A DNA stretch of 64,000 nucleotides from Octopus vulgaris (GCA_951406725.2 OX597835.1:5704001-5768000); one strand, 5' to 3'; counted from the first letter of the stretch, positions 40,225 to 54,406 are shown. Made by a program: numbers and translations. Notes: generated from the sequence alone by a model not told the origin.

Positions 40225-40798
40225 ATATTTCGGAATGGTCATTTTGCCAGTTTAGCCAATAAAAACACACGCACTATATATTTGGTGTTATTTTGCTTTA
40301 GTGTTATTTATTTTTTACATTAATCTTAATCTTATTTAGGCCAGATTTCTTTCGTCACACTCCTGTGACCGCATCAGTGGTCCTTTGTTTTCTTCTTTCT
40401 TATTTGTGTCTCTTCTTACTAACCGTCAGCCATTGTGTATTTCTATTGTATGTCTTCATTTGCGCATGCTTATATCTCTATGTGCGTCAATGTTTATTTA
40501 GTGTGTGTATGTGGGGGGATACCTGTAATATTTGTATCTTCTGTTTATATATGTTCATATAATTTGTATTTTGTTTTTGTTGTTTTTGTTTATTATTATT
40601 TTGTTCATGTGTTTACATCCACTTATTATTATCATTACATATCATTACATATTATTGTGACGAAAGAACTTTGGCCGAAATAAGATTAAGATTAATGTAA
40701 AAAATAAATAACACTGAAGCAAAATAACACCAAATATATAGTGCGTGCGTTTTTATTGGCTAAACTGGCAAAATGACCATTCCGAAATATAACAATAT
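40217..40798. mobile_element. Element with ~143-bp inverted repeats between (TA)n tracts, hammerhead-like motif at the inner edge
   Basis: Arms 40217-40359 and 40656-40798 are near-identical reverse complements; minus strand 40380-40341 CCA CTGATGC G GTCACA GGAG TGTGAC GAAAG AA ATC TGG. Confidence 0.85.
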
Positions 40799-40846
40799 CT
40801 GTTTCAACACACGACTTCACATAAAAAAACTTGCACAACAAATATT

Positions 40847-40992
<146 letters not shown>

Positions 40993-41148
40993 AGAGTGGC
41001 TTTGCAGCAAGTAGCTTGCTTCCAACCACATAGTTCCCGTCGTTTGTGCGTGTGTATATATATATATATATATAGAGATATAGAGAGACATACATACATG
41101 CATATGATATATATATATATTATATATAATATATATATATATCCTATA

Positions 41149-41296
41149 GGCGCAGGAGTGGCTGTGTTGTAAGTAGCTTGCTCAGTAACCACATGGTCCC
41201 GTGTCCAGTCCCAATGCGTGACACCTTAGGCAAGTGTCTTCTACTATAATCTCGGACCGACCAAAGCCATGTGAGTGGATTTGGTAGATGGAAATG
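41149..41296 (+). mobile_element. SINE family A head interrupted by a LINE
   Basis: GGCGCAGGAGTGGCTGTG...GGATTTGGTAGATGGAAATG, then an abrupt switch to LINE sequence. Confidence 0.88.
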
Positions 41297-41612
41297 AATT
41301 CAAGGTGACAGCATATAGGTACACTGCGACATAATTTCTTTTCCTCCGCAGGCCCTGCCTTGCTTAACATTATCCCGAAAGAGATCAAAGAGGAAAAGGA
41401 TCCCATCAACTTTAAACGGAGCCTGGACAGATTTCTTCAAGGAATACCAGATAAGCCACCCATACCTGGATACAACTCACCCAACAAGAACTCACTACTT
41501 GAATGGACCATAGACGAAACTTGACTTAAACAGGATTTAGATAATCCTATCAGGTGGTGCTATTAAGTTAGACATGGCCTGGACCAATCTTTGGTCGAAA
41601 CATATCTAAGCT
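41297..41612 (+). mobile_element. CR1-group LINE 3' end
   Basis: HNFFSSAGPALLNIIPKEIK...FKRSLDRFLQGIPDKPPIPGY...NSLLEW (stop at 41522), cf. GPxLFNxLP...FKxxLDxFLxxIPDxPxxxGY; short 3' UTR with a GACCAA/TTGGTC stem-loop. Confidence 0.8.
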
Positions 41613-41709
41613 TATATGTGTGTGCGTCTTTGTCTGTTTATGTATGTATCTATGTTTATGTACACACATACACACTCACACACGCACATATATATATACA
41701 CACATATAC

Positions 41710-41765
<56 letters not shown>

Positions 41766-42034
41766 TGGTTTGGAGATGATGTACAGGTATTATATATTAG
41801 TAGAAATGAGGTACTCAGAAATCTGGATGGTTTTACATTTACAGATATTTATTAGTATGTTACATGTTTTTATAACTCCTATATCATATAATAGCGCTTT
41901 CGTTCACTCTAGTGGCGTTGTCAAATTGAACTTTTGCAGGAATTTTGTCTCTTTTTATAATATTATTGGGTGTGTAGGGGTGGAGATAGATACAAGATAG
42001 TACAAGAGGGTGAGGAATGGGGAGAATGTGAGAG

Positions 42035-42114
<80 letters not shown>

Positions 42115-42480
42115 TATGAACGTATGTATATATATGTATGTATATCTCAGTGTATATATGTGTGTGTGTGTGTACATATATATACACACACATAAATATG
42201 TATGTGTGCATGTGAGTGTTTGTGTGTGTGCATATTCATACATAAACTTAAACACACACACATCGATTTTGTTTTATGTCAGGTTATATATAAAAATTAA
42301 TTTAATATCAAACTGAACGATGACTAAACATTTTTATAACGTATTTATTTAATCCAACATATTCTGACAAGTGGAAGGAAGGCGAAACTTCGGAGTCACT
42401 CTCAAACATTTCCTCTTAAAAGTTTTTCATATAGACAGATGTCTATATTCATATAGCGCCAGATGAACGGACGGAGAAAC

Positions 42481-42707
<227 letters not shown>

Positions 42708-42923
42708 GCATAAGCTAAAGATCGATAGAGTGATATTCTCAGCACATGGAAAACGTTAACTGGTCCAAAACAGGAGGCATTTATCACCAAATTGTTCAAT
42801 AAATAATTCAAATAAATTGAATTAGTTGGAGATATGATAATGGCTGCGTGAAAAGTGGAACGAAAATTGATGGCTTCTGAATACAGACTACAAAGTAGAT
42901 TTATGGACATTAAATTTTCTCCG

Positions 42924-42957
<34 letters not shown>

Positions 42958-43006
42958 TATATATATATATACATATATATACACACACATACATATACAT
43001 ATATAT

Positions 43007-43078
<72 letters not shown>

Positions 43079-43504
43079 TTATATATGCATATATAGTATA
43101 TAGGTGTATATTTTGTACACACACACTTATATATATTATATATAACACATATTATATATATATATATATATATATATGTGTTTGTGTGTGTGTGTTTGTG
43201 TGTATGTGTGTGTCAGTATCCGTATTCATATAGATACGTTCAGACATACATATACATATAACCATGCATACATACATAATTGCATAATACGTGTGTCTTT
43301 ATGTGCGTCTTTGTGCGCATGCGTATGTCTAATGTATGTGTATGTTTGTAATTTTAGAATCCTCACTGCGTATACACGTTTTATGCACACAAATATATCT
43401 CAACATATATTAGTAACAGTATAAATAGTACATATATACACATAGTAAATCTATGTGTATATATGTTTGTATATATTTATGTATGTAGGTATGTATGTAT
43501 GTAT

Positions 43505-43720
43505 GTCATTATTCAGTTTATTTCAAGATTTCTTGCCAATAAAAAAAGGAACCGGTTTCTAACCTAGATTCTTCTTCCTTGGAATTTCAACATCAACAGA
43601 GTATTTTTGTATGTATGTATGTATGTATGTATGTATGTATGTATGTGCAGATTTGTATGCTTTATCTTTATGTATGTATTTTTATGCTTATAGTTGCATA
43701 TCTAGACATGCTCATATATA
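43505..43720 (+). mobile_element. Repeat family F, second copy
   Basis: Matches 28374-28770 with a shorter internal (TATG)n. Confidence 0.75.
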
Positions 43721-44157
43721 TTTAAATGATAATCTTCTGGAAAGTTTTACAGATTTTTACAGTTCCAAACATTTGGCGAAATATATACAGGCCTTCATAG
43801 AAATATTGGTAGAACAATGAGATATTATTCAAAGAACTATCTAGATTTGGTTTTCTATCTTCCTCAGTCTTAGGTTTCAATAGCAAGTTACAGTTACTCG
43901 TGCTATCGAGCTGAAAGAATGAGCTAAATCTAGCCACACATATACAGTTTTAGTAGGAAAAATTCCCTTGTTGTAATTGGAAATTCATATGGCACGTGAT
44001 AGTTGTGAATCTGTGAAATTTTCTGTTACACTGCGTCATGTGACGGGGTTATATGCCAAAACCATAATTCCAAATACCATCCCTTCTTCTTTCGAAATAG
44101 ACTTAATATCTCCCTTCGGGAACTTGGGGCTGAGTGACACACGCGTAAGTTTTTCTT

Positions 44158-44200
44158 CAATACTGACGAAAACAATTAGACCGAAACATATGTCCATAAG
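44158..44200 (+). ncRNA. Degenerate minimal type-I hammerhead
   Basis: CAATA CTGACGA AAACAATTAGACC GAAAC ATAT GTC CATAAG; core and palindromic stem III intact, stems I and II damaged. Confidence 0.55.
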
Positions 44201-44584
44201 CTGTCCTTCTTATATTAATAAAATCCAGACTCTTCTTTCCCTAAATTTATAATTTAAATCCAGAAATTAATTTTTGGCTTCTTGATACATACCTCCCAAT
44301 TTTTTTTAACGTTGTTGCTTTTTTTTTTCACTGAATTGTTTTCCTAATAATTACTGCTAAAGTTTTGTCTCCTTTTTCAAACACAGCGGATCATTTCAGA
44401 ATATGTAGAATTTATAGAGGACGGCCATCAATGCAGACTCTTTAACTTTATGGATTTCATAATGTGGATGCGTTCAACGCCCATAAAACTTAAGGTAATC
44501 TAAAGTTATGTCAAAATGTTATTAGAAACATATAACTCCAAGGAAATATGTTGTTCAATCTCATAGGCCTATCTACCTACTTTA

Positions 44585-44653
<69 letters not shown>

Positions 44654-44756
44654 GGTAGATATATATATGTATATATATCTATATATATATATATATATAA
44701 TATATATATATATGTATGTATATATATATATATGTATATATATATATCAGTATATA

Positions 44757-44801
<45 letters not shown>

Positions 44802-44814
44802 GTATATGTATATG

Positions 44815-44845
<31 letters not shown>

Positions 44846-44855
44846 GTATATGTAT

Positions 44856-44896
<41 letters not shown>

Positions 44897-46380
44897 CATA
44901 CATTTAAACATGCAAAGCCGAAGCTATATTCAAGTATGAATGTATTTATCTCTTCATTTGACCCGAGGTGGTCACATACCTTCTCTCGTTTCATTCTCTG
45001 CCACTCAAATCTTAATTATGTCACGTGTACCTTATTCATAAACACTCGAACCGATTCCGGTAATGTACCTTTTTTCCCCTACACCGCTCGCAGCGAAAAA
45101 TCAGACGTAATACAAATTAGAAATACTGCAGCACTCGTCTTGAATGGCCTTCAGCTGTGGTTGAAGAGTTAATCATTTTCCATTTCGATTTTTTCAAGTA
45201 TAATTTTGATATTTAATATCCAGGTATTGTTAACTACTGTGTTTTCACTAAATTGTATTCACTCTCACTGAAATTTTCAAGATGTTAGTAAGCTGTAACA
45301 ATGCAAATAATGTATATCTAGAACCGAGCCTTACGGAAACATTTATTAGTGGTGGAAATATTATAACCTTGGAAAGGACCTTGCAGTAGTTGTTTAGACT
45401 GATAACGTTCTGTGTTCAAATCTCATCGTAGTCGATCCTCGAGGGGTCCATATAAAATATACGTAAGCAGTACTAGATTGCTATCGACTAGATTGCTATC
45501 GACTAAGCACCTTCTCTCAAATCTCTAGGCCTTGTTAAGTAAATTTAAAGCAACTATTATTACTGTTGTTGTTGTTGTTGTCGTCGTCGTCATAATTACG
45601 TAGTGGCATTGGTAGTATTAATGGTCGTGGTGGTGGTGGTATTGGCGGTGGTGCTGGTTGCAAAAGCGACGGAGGCGGCGGTTGTAGTGGTGGTGGTGGC
45701 GGCGTTGGTGAGGTTTCTTTAACTCTATAATTAGTCCTGGTTCCACAATACAAATGGCATTTGTACAAGTATCCATGATTCCACCGCACTATGTACCTTT
45801 GTAGTTTTAAGACTTTCAGGTGTGATTTTGAAGAAATTTCGATGCAAATTCCATCCGTTTAAGTAACGAAGACGATGCGCCTTTATATAGTCCTGGCTCC
45901 TCGTTGTCTTCTATGAAAAATTTGTTTTGTGTTAGTGAAACCTGATTTCTATTTAGATAATGTCTTTTTTGTTGTTCGTAGATTCGACAATGTAATACAC
46001 AGACTAAGTAGAATTCTTAGGAGAGTATATAACACCCTGAATTAAACAAATATCTGATTACACAACTGAAAGGCGGCAAATATAGTGATGAACGAAATGA
46101 AAATCATTCAGTATTCGGATTGCCTCTCGTGATTTTTGCGTTACTGCGAAATGTCACTGGCGGCAAATTAGACTACAACGTCTCTGCACTAACACAGTTT
46201 AATCTAAGTGCAAGTTCGTTTGCCTCATTGTTTTACAACCATTCTCGTATATATTGCCTCTTTTTATCAACTATATTTTTAAATATCTACCAATTTTTCT
46301 TTTTATCCATCTCTCTCTCTCTCTCTCTCTCCCTTTTTCTCTCTCTCTCTCTCTCTATCTATCTATATATATATATATAT

Positions 46381-46424
<44 letters not shown>

Positions 46425-46604
46425 GAAATATTAAAATTACTAAGTCTCTCTAAAGGAGATTACGACAGCGTTACTGGAAATTAATTTTTCGAAGGTTTAT
46501 AATGGACGCAGTTTGTGTGTCAAATAGCTAGCTTAAGGCGATGGCCTCATGGAGCTAATCAGCGACAGCTTTAGTCTTATATTTATAAGACTGCCATATA
46601 TATA

Positions 46605-46813
46605 TACTCTTTACTCTCTTTTACTTGTTTCCGTCATGTGACTGCGGCCATGCTGGAGTACCGCCTTTAGTCGAGCAAATCGACCCGAGGACTTATTCTT
46701 TGTAAGCCTAGTGCTTATTCTATCAGTCTCTTTTGCCGAACAGCTAAGTTACGGGGACGTAAACACACCACCATCGGTTGTCAAGCGATGTTGGGGAGAC
46801 AAACACAGACACA

Positions 46814-46901
<88 letters not shown>

Positions 46902-47053
46902 CGACGGGCTTCTTCAGTTTCCATCTACCAAATCCACTCACAAGGCTTTGGTTGGCCCGAGGAGACACTTGCCCAAGGTGCCATGCAGTGGGAATGAACA
47001 CGGAACCATGTGATTGGTAAGCAAGCTACTTACCACACAACCACTCCTAAGCC
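46605..47053 (-). mobile_element. Full-length SINE family A
   Basis: Reverse complement of the 30823 copy with a long internal (CA)n. Confidence 0.93.
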
Positions 47054-47752
47054 TATATATATACATACAGATATACATATATTTATATATATTTATATAT
47101 ATATATATATATATATGTATGTTATATATTCATACACGTACATATGTACATATAAACACATATACACTCAAAAAGACATCAATGTATAATACATATACAT
47201 TTATATGTGTTTATATAAAAAAATACACGCGTGCACACACAAACGTTTTGTGACTATACATCTATACATATTGTTTATACATACCTTGCTCGTAATTAAT
47301 GTACACTATAACTAATGCATACATACGCCCGCACACTTACAACATGTTCACACAGTTATGTTCTATCTTGTAGTAACAAGTAAGAATCCTCATTAATTCC
47401 ACGTAACTTACGGCCAATAATTTCAACATTATCTAATACAGAACAACGTTACTATAGTTTTTTCTTTTTCTTCTACCATGCCCTGCACCTAACTTTCCGA
47501 AGATGGCCCGAATTCGAAAGGTCAACTTTCCCTCTATATATCACTGAGTGTTAAATTTACAGCCTTGTGAAAATGAGAGTAATAATACATTCGGAATGTT
47601 CCCTAAATCCATTGTTACCTGTATAGTAAAGTGGCGGGTAGAGTAGGTCGAAGTAAATAGAAAACATGACTCGCTATTATTTTATTAAATATAGGGTGAC
47701 TAGCAAGCAACACCAAATTAGACCATGTAAGTATCATATATAGAGGAAGAGG

Positions 47753-47765
47753 ATATATATATATG

Positions 47766-47796
<31 letters not shown>

Positions 47797-48024
47797 ATGT
47801 ATGTATGTATATGTATGTATGTATATATATGTATGTATATGTATGTATATGTATGTATGTATATGTATGTATGTATGTATATGTATGTATGTATATATGT
47901 ATGTATGTGTATATGTATGTGTGTATATGTATATGTATATATGTATGTATATGTATATATGTATGTATATGTATATATGTATGTATATGTATATATGTAT
48001 GTATATATGTATGTATATATATAT
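47753..48024. repeat. Degenerate (TA)n/(TATG)n tract
   Basis: Direct reading. Confidence 0.93.
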
Positions 48025-48379
48025 AAAGAGGTGTATGAGACGGTTAAAGGAATAGTGATTAGAGATAGAGAAAGAAAGATGTGGAGAATACAGCTGAGAG
48101 ATATATCGAGGAAGTTAGAGAGAGTGGGGCGGTGGAGAAATGAAGAACGGTGAGAGAGAGATAGGGAGAGAGAGTGAAAGTGAGGAGAAAGCAAGAGAGT
48201 AATAAAGAAAGAGAAAGAGATGAAGAGAAGGAAGAATGAAAGAGATGAAAAGCATAAGAAAATAATAGTTTGCAGAGAGGTATGAAGATATCAAGAACTA
48301 AACGGAGAGATTGGAAGATATTAAGAAAGAGACTGAAAAATGAAAGAAGAGAGAGATTCATGAAGAGATGGAAGGAAAA

Positions 48380-48656
48380 AGAAAGAACGAAAAAGCAGGG
48401 AGTAAAGTAGGAAAGAAAGAAAGAACGAAAGAAAGAAAGAAAGAAAGAACGAAAAAGCAGGGAGGAAAGTAGGAAAGAAAGAAAGAACGAAAGAAAGAAC
48501 GAAAGAAAGAAAGAACGAAAGAAAGAAAGAACGAAAGAAAGAAAGAACGAAAGAAAGAAAGAACGAAAGAAAGAAAGAACGAAAAAGCAGGGAGTAAAGT
48601 AGGAAAGAAAGAAAGAAAGTAAAGTAGGAAAGAAAGAAAGAAAGAAAGAAAGAAAG
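48380..48656. repeat. (GAAA)n-derived repeat with three GAACGAAAAAGCAGGGAG.AAAGTAGG inserts
   Basis: Direct reading; inserts near 48385, 48447 and 48577. Confidence 0.9.
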
Positions 48657-49080
48657 TGTTAGCGATGTCAACGTGTGTAATGTATTTTATATTTAATTTC
48701 TTTGTCATACCATTTTCTTGATTCCACTGAAACCAAATATATATAAAAAAATTCCTCACCCAGAGAGATTCCTATTATATATCGATTTGTGTCTGTATAC
48801 AATGTCTGTATATTTGTATGGGATCTGTCAAAAGCCCCTTATTTTCAGCAGGTGTCGTGTGGTTAAAAACCATCAATTTTGTAATCAAATAACCTTCATA
48901 CCCTCTGCCTGTCGAAACATGCGGCAGGAACATTCTTGATTAATTTATATTTTTTTTCCAAAATGTCTACTGACTTACGAAGAATCCATCTTGTTATTAT
49001 TTGTCGAAATATTTTGTTTGTAAATAAACAGGTCAGCTCTGTCAGATGGTTATTATTGCCGTTGATTTTTCTGCTGCTGT

Positions 49081-49115
<35 letters not shown>

Positions 49116-49369
49116 GTGGTGATGGTGGTGGAGGCGGTGGCGGTGGTTAACCCCAGCTGAGATGTTCTCGAGTGAATCTATAATCAAATGTGTTCTAACG
49201 CATGGCATCCTGTCATGTGACACTCATGTGATCATAATACGTTCTTGTTTTACAATTTCTAATTTATCTTTCGCGTCCCTTCTTGCAATTATTCAGCATA
49301 AATTTAACTGAATAATGCGTGTATGTATGTATGTATGTATGTATGTATGTATGTATGTATGTATGTATG

Positions 49370-49430
<61 letters not shown>

Positions 49431-49431
49431 C

Positions 49432-49613
49432 GGGAAGGTTTACGAAAATAAACAAAAGACGAAGGAAGGTGGAGTACAAACAAACAAATGTATTATAGTA
49501 TGGCGCTCAGGAATACTAATAGAACAAGTCTTTTACGTTTCGAGTCTACACTCTTCGGCAAAAAGATACACAGAAAAAAAACAAGGAGAGAAAAAGTGCG
49601 ATCTAACATGGCG
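49432..49613 (-). mobile_element. Cassette family D copy inside (TA)n
   Basis: Bounded by TA tracts on both sides; minus strand 49565-49530 CTTT TTGCCGA A GAGT GTAG ACTC GAAAC GTA AAAG. Confidence 0.75.
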
Positions 49614-49697
<84 letters not shown>

Positions 49698-49699
<2 letters not shown>

Positions 49700-50023
49700 G
49701 AGACCCCCTTCGGTCACGACACAGACCATGGGATTGCACTTAGAAAGTTACCTTCCTAGACACAAGTCCGGGCGAGGTTGTTTATGGAAGACCAGCAGTC
49801 GCCCATGCATACCAGCCTCCTCTCCACGCCACCAGTGTTATCCAAGGGAAAGACAAAGGTCGATACAGCTTGGCACCAGTGACGTCACAACTCATTTCTG
49901 CAGCTGAGTGAACTGGAGCAACGTGAAATAAAGTGCCTTGCTCAAGAACACAACACGCAGCCTGGTGGTCCGGGATTCGAGCTCACAACCTCACGATCGT
50001 AAGCTCGACGCTCTAACCACTGA
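49698..50023 (-). mobile_element. tRNA-derived SINE family G with CORE/V-like central domain
   Basis: Reverse complement TCAGTGGTTAGAGCGTCG...GAGCTCGAATCCCGG...GTTGTGTTCTTGAGCAAGGCACTT...TGCTCCAGTTCACTCAGCTGCAGAAATGAG; the domain name is tentative. Confidence 0.85.
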
Positions 50024-50855
50024 TATATATATATGTATATTATACCCATATTCACATATATACGCAAAATATCAGCAAACTATATTAATACAGTGGATAA
50101 TGCAAATTATATTGACCAAAATTATTGGTAACACTTACGCTAAATGTAATAAAAAGTGCATTAAATGGTTTGCACATGCGTACACTAATGTACTAACGCG
50201 ATCAGTTAGACCGAAACATGTACCTATTGTTCGCCCTTGTTTGGAAACAAAAGTCATTCTGTCCTTTCTCTAAATGTAAATAAACATGTAAATTAACAAT
50301 TTTTAATTAGTAAAATCATTTCTTAAACATATCTCTCCTCCCTTTAAAAGCTGCCTACATTTTCACTAGGAACTTGTTTGCTATTGGTGTAAAACAAAGA
50401 TGTTAATTTTAATAATATTCTATGGTGTTCAGTTACTCGGACTTCATCGTAATCAGTGGATTTCGCCATTTTTATGACGAATTAAAACGACAGAAGTAAC
50501 TCCTTCACGTTTGCAGACAACCGATGTCAAAAGACACAAATGACTACAAATTCTTCTACACATCCAATGAATTTTTGAAAAGCTATTGAAGTTCAAGTTC
50601 AGACGTAATGCATTTTATCTCCTTTGTTATAAATAGAATTCTTTAAAATTAGTTTTCTATGAAGCAGGTGAATGCCTGCCATAACAGAGACACCACATTA
50701 GCCTCATTTTGACCCAATGAAATATTTCTTGACACTTATAACCCGAGATGTTATCCAAGAGAAATACAAAGTGTGCGTGGACATAATTGAAGAGATTACA
50801 AACGAGTTAAAGAATTACCTTGAGGATAAGTCAAACGAATGCTTTGCCAATATAG

Positions 50856-50934
<79 letters not shown>

Positions 50935-51036
50935 CACACACACACACATATATGCATATATATATATATATATATACATATATACGTATATATAGGCATG
51001 CGTATATATATATATATATATATATACATATATATA

Positions 51037-51445
51037 TAAAGATCAAAATGAGGGTGAAAAATTGGATATTAATAATTGGATAACATCAATTTTAACACCA
51101 GTGGTCTAGCATATAAAAAAAATTGAGATTCAGTAAATAGTATTTCATACATAAATATGAGAGGGAGTTTTTTAACCACAGTGTGGAAATCCTTATGCTA
51201 GAAGAAGATCCGCTATGGTCTCAACCACTAAGAATTGTTCTCCAGAAAATTTAGCACACCAGAAACGTAAGCGAGCAACACAGATGAAAAGTAACAAAAA
51301 TATAGATTAATCACAAACAATTGTTTCACTATCAATAAATTACGTAATTTTACTTACACAATTTATCTGTAGATCGTCAGTGTGATCCTCTTTGCAAGAT
51401 ATAATTTGTAGAACTTCACACCAGATATCACGCTACTGAATATAT
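51037..51445 (-). mobile_element. Non-coding cassette between TA tracts carrying a hammerhead (Penelope-like terminal repeat)
   Basis: Flanked by (TA)n; contains the motif at 51310-51386. Confidence 0.55.
51310..51386 (-). ncRNA. Type-I hammerhead ribozyme, best-preserved copy
   Basis: ATCACA CTGACGA T CTACAGATAAATT [18 nt] AATTTATTGATAG T GAAAC AATT GTT TGTGAT: perfect 6-bp stem I, intact core, long stem II, palindromic stem III, GUU cleavage triplet. Confidence 0.8.
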
Positions 51446-51564
51446 ATGTACTATATATATAATTATATATAATATATATATAATAAAATATTAGGGAATA
51501 AATCCAAACTTACAGGGAAAAATCAGATTTAGGATTGAATCCAATTTTATAGTAAAATATTATA

Positions 51565-51705
51565 TTATATTAAATTAGAGACAAAACTACTATTAGGCAA
51601 ATCATATAATGAAAAACTTAAGCCAATACGTAAGATTAATTATTTTATATTATTTAAATATATCAAAATTATTAAAAAAGATAATTATCTCTAATTTAAT
51701 ATAAT
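51565..51705 (-). mobile_element. Cassette family E fragment
   Basis: Reverse complement of 61685-61800 (TTAAATTAGAGA...CTATTAGGCAAATCA...GAAAAACTTAAGCCAATAC); ends form the inverted pair TTAAATTAGAGA/TCTCTAATTTAA. Confidence 0.7.
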
Positions 51706-52654
51706 ATATATATATATATATGGATGTATGTATTTATGTATATATGCATGTATGTGTGTAGCATGGCGCAGGTGGACATAATCAGATATTTAACATACAG
51801 AGTCTACTGCACGTAGGTTTTATATCATCTATTTTCACGGCTCACTATGTTCTGTGTTCACATCAACCTGAGTTCAGCTTTGCCATTTATCCGACTGTGG
51901 TCGATAAATAAAGTACCTCGTGTACAACTGGCAGAGTCTCTAAAGAGTAGGTCAGAGTGCATTGCTGTCATCGTTCCGCCTCTTTGTGCTTTGAGTTCAC
52001 CATTTCGGTGGTTATATATACTAGTCTTGTACTGAGGTCGACGCTTCGCTGTCTCCCGATCTGTCTATCTGTCTACAACTGATGAGACCTCAATTAGGCT
52101 AGAACATCTTTTACGATTGTTCATCATTTGATCATTGTAGGGTCAAGTAAAACTGTCATGTTTGTATATCTGCTACATAGGTTTACATATACTTACATTG
52201 ATAGGCCATTGATATTACATAAAGTGTTAAACACTAATGGTTTGCAAATTAGTAGCCTGACTTCGCTGAAGTGGCAGGAGTTCGTGTCTAAAGAACAGAT
52301 TGGCTACATGCTTCACTGGCTTTGGTCGAATCATAGAGAAACCTCCGATTAAGACACATATAAGGGCCAAAACTCGATTAAGATGTTCCTTGTTCTTTTT
52401 AATCAACAGAAAGGCAAACTTGACGTCTGCGTGTCTACTACGTAGGTTTACATACACACATACTCTAATCTGTGTGCATGTATGTATGTGTATATTTTTG
52501 TATGCACGTACATATGCATTTTTACTGAGATCTCACTACAATGCCAGACAATGAGACTGAACTCGATCTTCCGAAATTGAAGATAAAATGTTTCTTTCAT
52601 GACTGCCCCAGCTCACCGTCCTATTGTTCACATTAAAAGCTACCATGATAATTG

Positions 52655-52856
52655 GTTGAAATTTTGGCGCAAGGCTAGCAGTATTTGGTTGTGTTGGTCG
52701 ATTACATAGGCCCCCCCCCAGTACTTGAATGATAGTTCCATACATCGATTAAAGATGAAATCGACCTCGAAGAATTTGTATTCTTGATGAAGAAGAACAC
52801 ACCGGCCGAAGCCGCTGGGCGTTTTCTCCGAATTGCTAACGATCATGCCAACTCGA
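52655..52856 (-). mobile_element. Highly diverged SINE family B
   Basis: AAATTTTGGCGCAAGGC...GTCGATTACAT...TCGACCTCGAAGAATTTG...GCTAACGATCATGCCAACTCG. Confidence 0.6.
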
Positions 52857-53247
52857 TGAGGATGATGACGATGTCGAGGAAGAGGAGGAGGGTGTGTGAA
52901 CGATGATGGAGTGGTGGAGGAGGATGTGGTAGTGGAGGGGGATATTGTTGTGGAGGAGAAAGAGCAGGCGGAGGAAAAGGAGGAGCAAGATGTGGTAGTG
53001 GAGGAGGAGGAGAGTGAGGAAGAGAAGGAGGAAGTGGAGGAGGAGGAAAAGGAGGAGGATAATTAGGAAGAGAAGGAGGAAGTGGAGGAGGAAGTGGAGG
53101 AGGAGGAGAGTGAGGAAGTGGTGGAGGGGGATGAGGAGAAGGAGGAAGAGGAGAATAATGAGGAAGAGAATGAGGGAGTGGTGGAGGAGGAGCAGGAAGA
53201 GGAAGTGGAGGAGGAGCAGGAAGAGGAAGTGGAGGAGGAGGGAAGTG
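52857..53247. repeat. GAG-rich low-complexity tract
   Basis: Direct reading. Confidence 0.9.
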
Positions 53248-53669
53248 ATAAAGCAACCCTAACAGCAACAACAATAATGATGTGAATAATTTGGCAATTA
53301 GGATGTTTCAGTACTTTGTAACGCAGCACCATCACCTTACCAATGCCACCACCACCACCACCACCTCCACCACAGGTTTACCGCTACATCTCCACAGATC
53401 CACAGATACCAAGCATCACACGGCATTGACAGGTACCGTTATGTTCGTTACGATTGTAATTGTCATCAGTCGGCGGAAGACATCCGGCATCTGCGATTAA
53501 GAACTGGTGATTTAAATTAATAATTAAAAATTCCGATATCTTCTTCTGAGTAATATACGATGAATATGTGTGTGTGTGCGTGTGTGTGTGTGTGTGTTTA
53601 TGTGTATATATATGTATATACACATTAATATATACATATAACAATATCTATCTACCTGTCTATATATTC

Positions 53670-53804
<135 letters not shown>

Positions 53805-54372
53805 AAATATATATTTTTATATATATATGCATGTGTATGTGCGTGTGCGTGTATATTTATATATGTGTGTGCTTGCGTTTTGCACTCAATTTTTTCTTAA
53901 TTTTCATAGCAATTATCCAGTCTTAATTGAGAGTTTGGCCGAATGTTTCCGATCAATCTCGAGTCTTAAAATGCCGAGTAAAGAATTAAAAATTTTCATA
54001 AGAAGAAATATTTATTTTTTTGTTTATTTTTAATTTTATTTTATTTTATTTCTTTTGTGACATTTTTTAAAATTTTATTTCAAATTGTGAAACAGGAAAA
54101 TAGCACTTGCCAATTGGAATTCAACACACTACATCCCACACATAGTTACACACACTCACACATTCACACACACACACACTCACACACACTCACACACACA
54201 CACTCACACACACATACACATATATGTATACATATATATATACATATATATGTATATATGTATGTATACATACATATATACATACATATAAACACACACA
54301 CACGTAGATCTATGTAAGAAATGAATGTATACATGTAGATATATATACATATATATACCTACACATATATAC

Positions 54373-54406
<34 letters not shown>

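Noticed and set aside
41575-41610. GACC..GGTC GAAAC as a hammerhead
   Set aside because: No CTGANGA upstream; better explained as the LINE 3' stem-loop.
50717-50899. 60-aa ORF MKYFLTLITRDVIQEK... with faint piggyBac-like look
   Set aside because: No convincing motif or splice pair; it runs into (TA)n.
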